DNA of 64,000 nt from Candidatus Methanomethylicia archaeon (GTDB taxonomy: Archaea > Thermoproteota > Methanomethylicia > Culexarchaeales > Culexarchaeaceae): the NCBI GenBank assembly GCA_038727515.1, contig JAVYVS010000001.1:32001-96000 (forward strand). Reading direction: 5' to 3'. The stretch's first letter is position 1. Each line of letters starts with the position of its first letter. The position numbers were made by a program, and so were the translations under genes. Below are positions 61,596 to 64,000 of the stretch, in pieces. Below the pieces are notes generated by a model that made no database searches, was not told the DNA's origin, and was given only the letters and a program-made list of their open reading frames with translations.

Positions 61596-64000
61596 TTGAA
61601 TGAAAATATTTTTGCTTATAAAGTGGCCTGCCTTTTACATGATCCACCGAATAAAGCTTGGCTTCTTAAAAATAATAAGGATCATGTTAAAGAGGCAAAA
61701 CATATTGCTGAAGGAATTCTGGAAAATACTTGCTTTAAAGAAGTCGTAAAACATATGGAAGATATAGTTAAACCAGCTGATATGTTAGCTTCAAGTATTG
61801 ATCGATGGTTATTAAGCAAGATCGTTGGTAAAGAATACCATTTATTTCCAGTAAAGGAGATTAAACTCAAGAACATCTTTAATCCTAAATTTTCTCAGAA
61901 AATTGAAGAAGAGCAACCTTCTATAGATGAATTCATTAAAAGTCTAAGGGACCTCATCAAGTATATAAGTGACCCCCGGTTAGCCTATCATGTATTATAC
62001 GCAAGTTATGAAGCCATATGGATACAATTAGGTCTTCCATCAGGTCCAGCGGATACAAGAGCACCTTCCCATAGTGTTTTTGATCATAATTATGCGACGA
62101 CATCTATGATGAACTGGCTATTGGGAAAAAGGGAGCCTAAGGGAATATTGTTATATATAGATCTTGGAGGACCACAAAAATTTATATCAAGTTCTAGGAA
62201 GCTCAGCGACCTTTGGGCGTCAAGTTATCTTGCTTCAGCACTTGCTTGGAGCATATTCTGGATCTTTTTAAGAGTTTTAGGTCCTGATATAATGGTCTTA
62301 CCCACGTGCAGGGGGAATCCATTTTATTACCATAGCTTAATATCAGAGCTAATTAAAAATGGTGTTGATAAAGTTGTAATAGAAAAAGTTAAGAGGATAT
62401 CGATAGAATATACAGGATACGATCCAGATAGGGACAAGATACCAAGATATGCAGTAATTCCTGTTACAGCTACACTCATGTTACCGGAACTGGAACAATT
62501 AAAGGAAATCGATTGTTTTAAAGAGATCGAATTTATGAGGGGATATGAGGGCTTAGAGGAATTTGTGGAGAAAAAGTACCAAGAAATATGGAGAAATATC
62601 TATGATAAAATAATTGAAAAGTGTAAGGAGTTGCAGAATGAACTAGGCCAATTGTCTGTTGAAATAGTAAGGCTCTTACAAGAATGTAAAAATTTTGGTT
62701 TTGATAAAACTCCCCCGCTGCCAATTAGAGTTATAGCTCTCGATACGAATAGGCTTTATCAATTAGGTTCACAAGACAAAGATAGTTATACCCTATATCA
62801 CAATATGTTTAAACTTTTAGCTTACGAAGAGGGGAAAAGGAAGATCTATAAATTTAGACCTGAAGAAGACTTAAAGCTTTTTGAAATGACTTCGCAACCT
62901 ATTAAAACTTGGCCGAAGGAATCTGAAAGAGGCTTTGAATATTGTAGTGTGTGTGGTCGTTTACCAGCGATTATAATCCTTCCTTCGAAGGAGGATGAGT
63001 ACAAGAAATACTTGAAGATAGAGCTTGAACCCATTTTTGGTATGGGTGAACGTCTTTGCCCGTATTGTTTGATAAAAAGGCTCATAAGTATAAATCAAAT
63101 ACTTAAATTGGTTGTGGACGAGTTGATTGGAAGAATTGTAGAAGAATTACCCAGTTTTAGATTCCCATCGGTTTCAGATATTGCAATTATGCCCTTCAAA
63201 AAATCATTTATCACTAATAGTATGAAAATCGATAACTTCCGAGAACTAGCTAATGAACTTTCTGAATGGATAGATGAAATTTGGAGAAAAATGATAGAAA
63301 AAGGGTTACCCTTAGGTGGAAAGATAATAGGGAGAGAACCAATGATATATACTGAAATCGAATTAGCAGAAAAAATCAAAAATCTAAAATCTAGTGAGTT
63401 GAAAAGAAATCTTGAAGCGATACTGTTTGCGGATTCTGAAACCCTCTTCTTAGCAACACATAAAATCAGAAAAGATAAGGGGGAAGAATATTACTCCCCA
63501 AGAAGAGATTGGTTAGAACTTAGAAAGAAAATTTATGGTAATAAAGAAATGGCAAAGCATATGAATTTAGAAAGGGAAAAGATAGAAGATCTGAACACCT
63601 ATTATGCCATTATAAGATCTGATGGTGATAACTTAGGTAAGATGATACGGGGCAAAGTTAAAGAAGGATTTAGGATTACAATAAAAGATTACCTTTGCAA
63701 TATGTTGGAGGGGGACAGTGCAAAAGTGGTAAAGGCAATATTAAATAACGATTATGAACATGCAAAAAAGATATGTAAACAATATAACGTAGAGAATGTT
63801 GACGAGAAAATAAAGGATGTAACGGAGCTCATTAATAGGCTTCTAAATGAAGATGGAATTATAATTTCGCCATCGTATCATTCAGCCTTAAGTAGAGCTT
63901 TAATAGTTAATGCAGTAATAGATAAAGAGATAATAGATGAATATGATGGTGTAACCATTTATGCTGGAGGGGATGATCTATTAGCTATAACACCCGTCAA
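61596..64000 (+). CDS. cas10: Cas10/Cmr2 (runs off the window; absent from the ORF track)
   Basis: TTG start after GAGGTGA; LLHDPPNK (HD), PADTR, QKFISSSRKLSDLWASSY, CSVC..CPYC, DGDNLG, YAGGDD at 63960-63977 in the same frame. Confidence 0.95.
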   Translation, partial: MNENIFAYKVACLLHDPPNKAWLLKNNKDHVKEAKHIAEGILENTCFKEVVKHMEDIVKPADMLASSIDRWLLSKIVGKEYHLFPVKEIKLKNIFNPKFSQKIEEEQPSIDEFIKSLRDLIKYISDPRLAYHVLYASYEAIWIQLGLPSGPADTRAPSHSVFDHNYATTSMMNWLLGKREPKGILLYIDLGGPQKFISSSRKLSDLWASSYLASALAWSIFWIFLRVLGPDIMVLPTCRGNPFYYHSLISELIKNGVDKVVIEKVKRISIEYTGYDPDRDKIPRYAVIPVTATLMLPELEQLKEIDCFKEIEFMRGYEGLEEFVEKKYQEIWRNIYDKIIEKCKELQNELGQLSVEIVRLLQECKNFGFDKTPPLPIRVIALDTNRLYQLGSQDKDSYTLYHNMFKLLAYEEGKRKIYKFRPEEDLKLFEMTSQPIKTWPKESERGFEYCSVCGRLPAIIILPSKEDEYKKYLKIELEPIFGMGERLCPYCLIKRLISINQILKLVVDELIGRIVEELPSFRFPSVSDIAIMPFKKSFITNSMKIDNFRELANELSEWIDEIWRKMIEKGLPLGGKIIGREPMIYTEIELAEKIKNLKSSELKRNLEAILFADSETLFLATHKIRKDKGEEYYSPRRDWLELRKKIYGNKEMAKHMNLEREKIEDLNTYYAIIRSDGDNLGKMIRGKVKEGFRITIKDYLCNMLEGDSAKVVKAILNNDYEHAKKICKQYNVENVDEKIKDVTELINRLLNEDGIIISPSYHSALSRALIVNAVIDKEIIDEYDGVTIYAGGDDLLAITPV

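Noticed and set aside
61682-63379. Short minus-strand ORFs at the window end
   Set aside because: They are antisense shadows of cas10.
1-64000. tRNA/rRNA genes, integrases, transposases
   Set aside because: No GC-rich structured RNA segment or recognisable mobile-element ORF was seen.

Overview
This is an AT-rich (roughly 30% GC by eye) archaeal chromosome segment, most likely from a thermophilic Thermoproteota/TACK lineage. Markers include Taw1, NOG1, RtcA, Rad50, a THUMP-SPOUT methylase and GGTGA/GGAGGTGA Shine-Dalgarno sites. Bases 1-28 kb are mostly housekeeping and metabolic genes plus a HEPN-MNT toxin-antitoxin pair. Bases 28.8-64 kb form a CRISPR neighbourhood. It holds cas6 and two outward-facing arrays with the same 24-bp repeat GAACCCAACAAAGGGAATTGAAAG (about 23 and about 75 repeats) and homologous 205-bp leaders. 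It also holds csx1, two ring nucleases of different families (Crn3/Csx3 and a Crn1-type CARF), and a type III-B operon (cmr4-cmr5-cmr1-cmr6-cas10, the last running off the window). No cas1/cas2/cas4 is visible. The best candidates for undescribed biology are: (1) a small foreign-looking island beside csx1 with an EVE domain, a divergent HhH-GPD/FeS glycosylase, a nonsense-interrupted divergent UDG-family gene and an Upf1-like helicase fused to a TFS-type zinc ribbon, possibly a modified-base-excision defence; (2) paralog-specific tandem palindromes on the start codons of all three archaeal ATPase-wHTH genes; (3) a collinear set of eroded duplicates of nearby genes; (4) a stand-alone, membrane-only A/V-ATPase subunit I. 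All calls come from reading motifs by eye; no searches were run.
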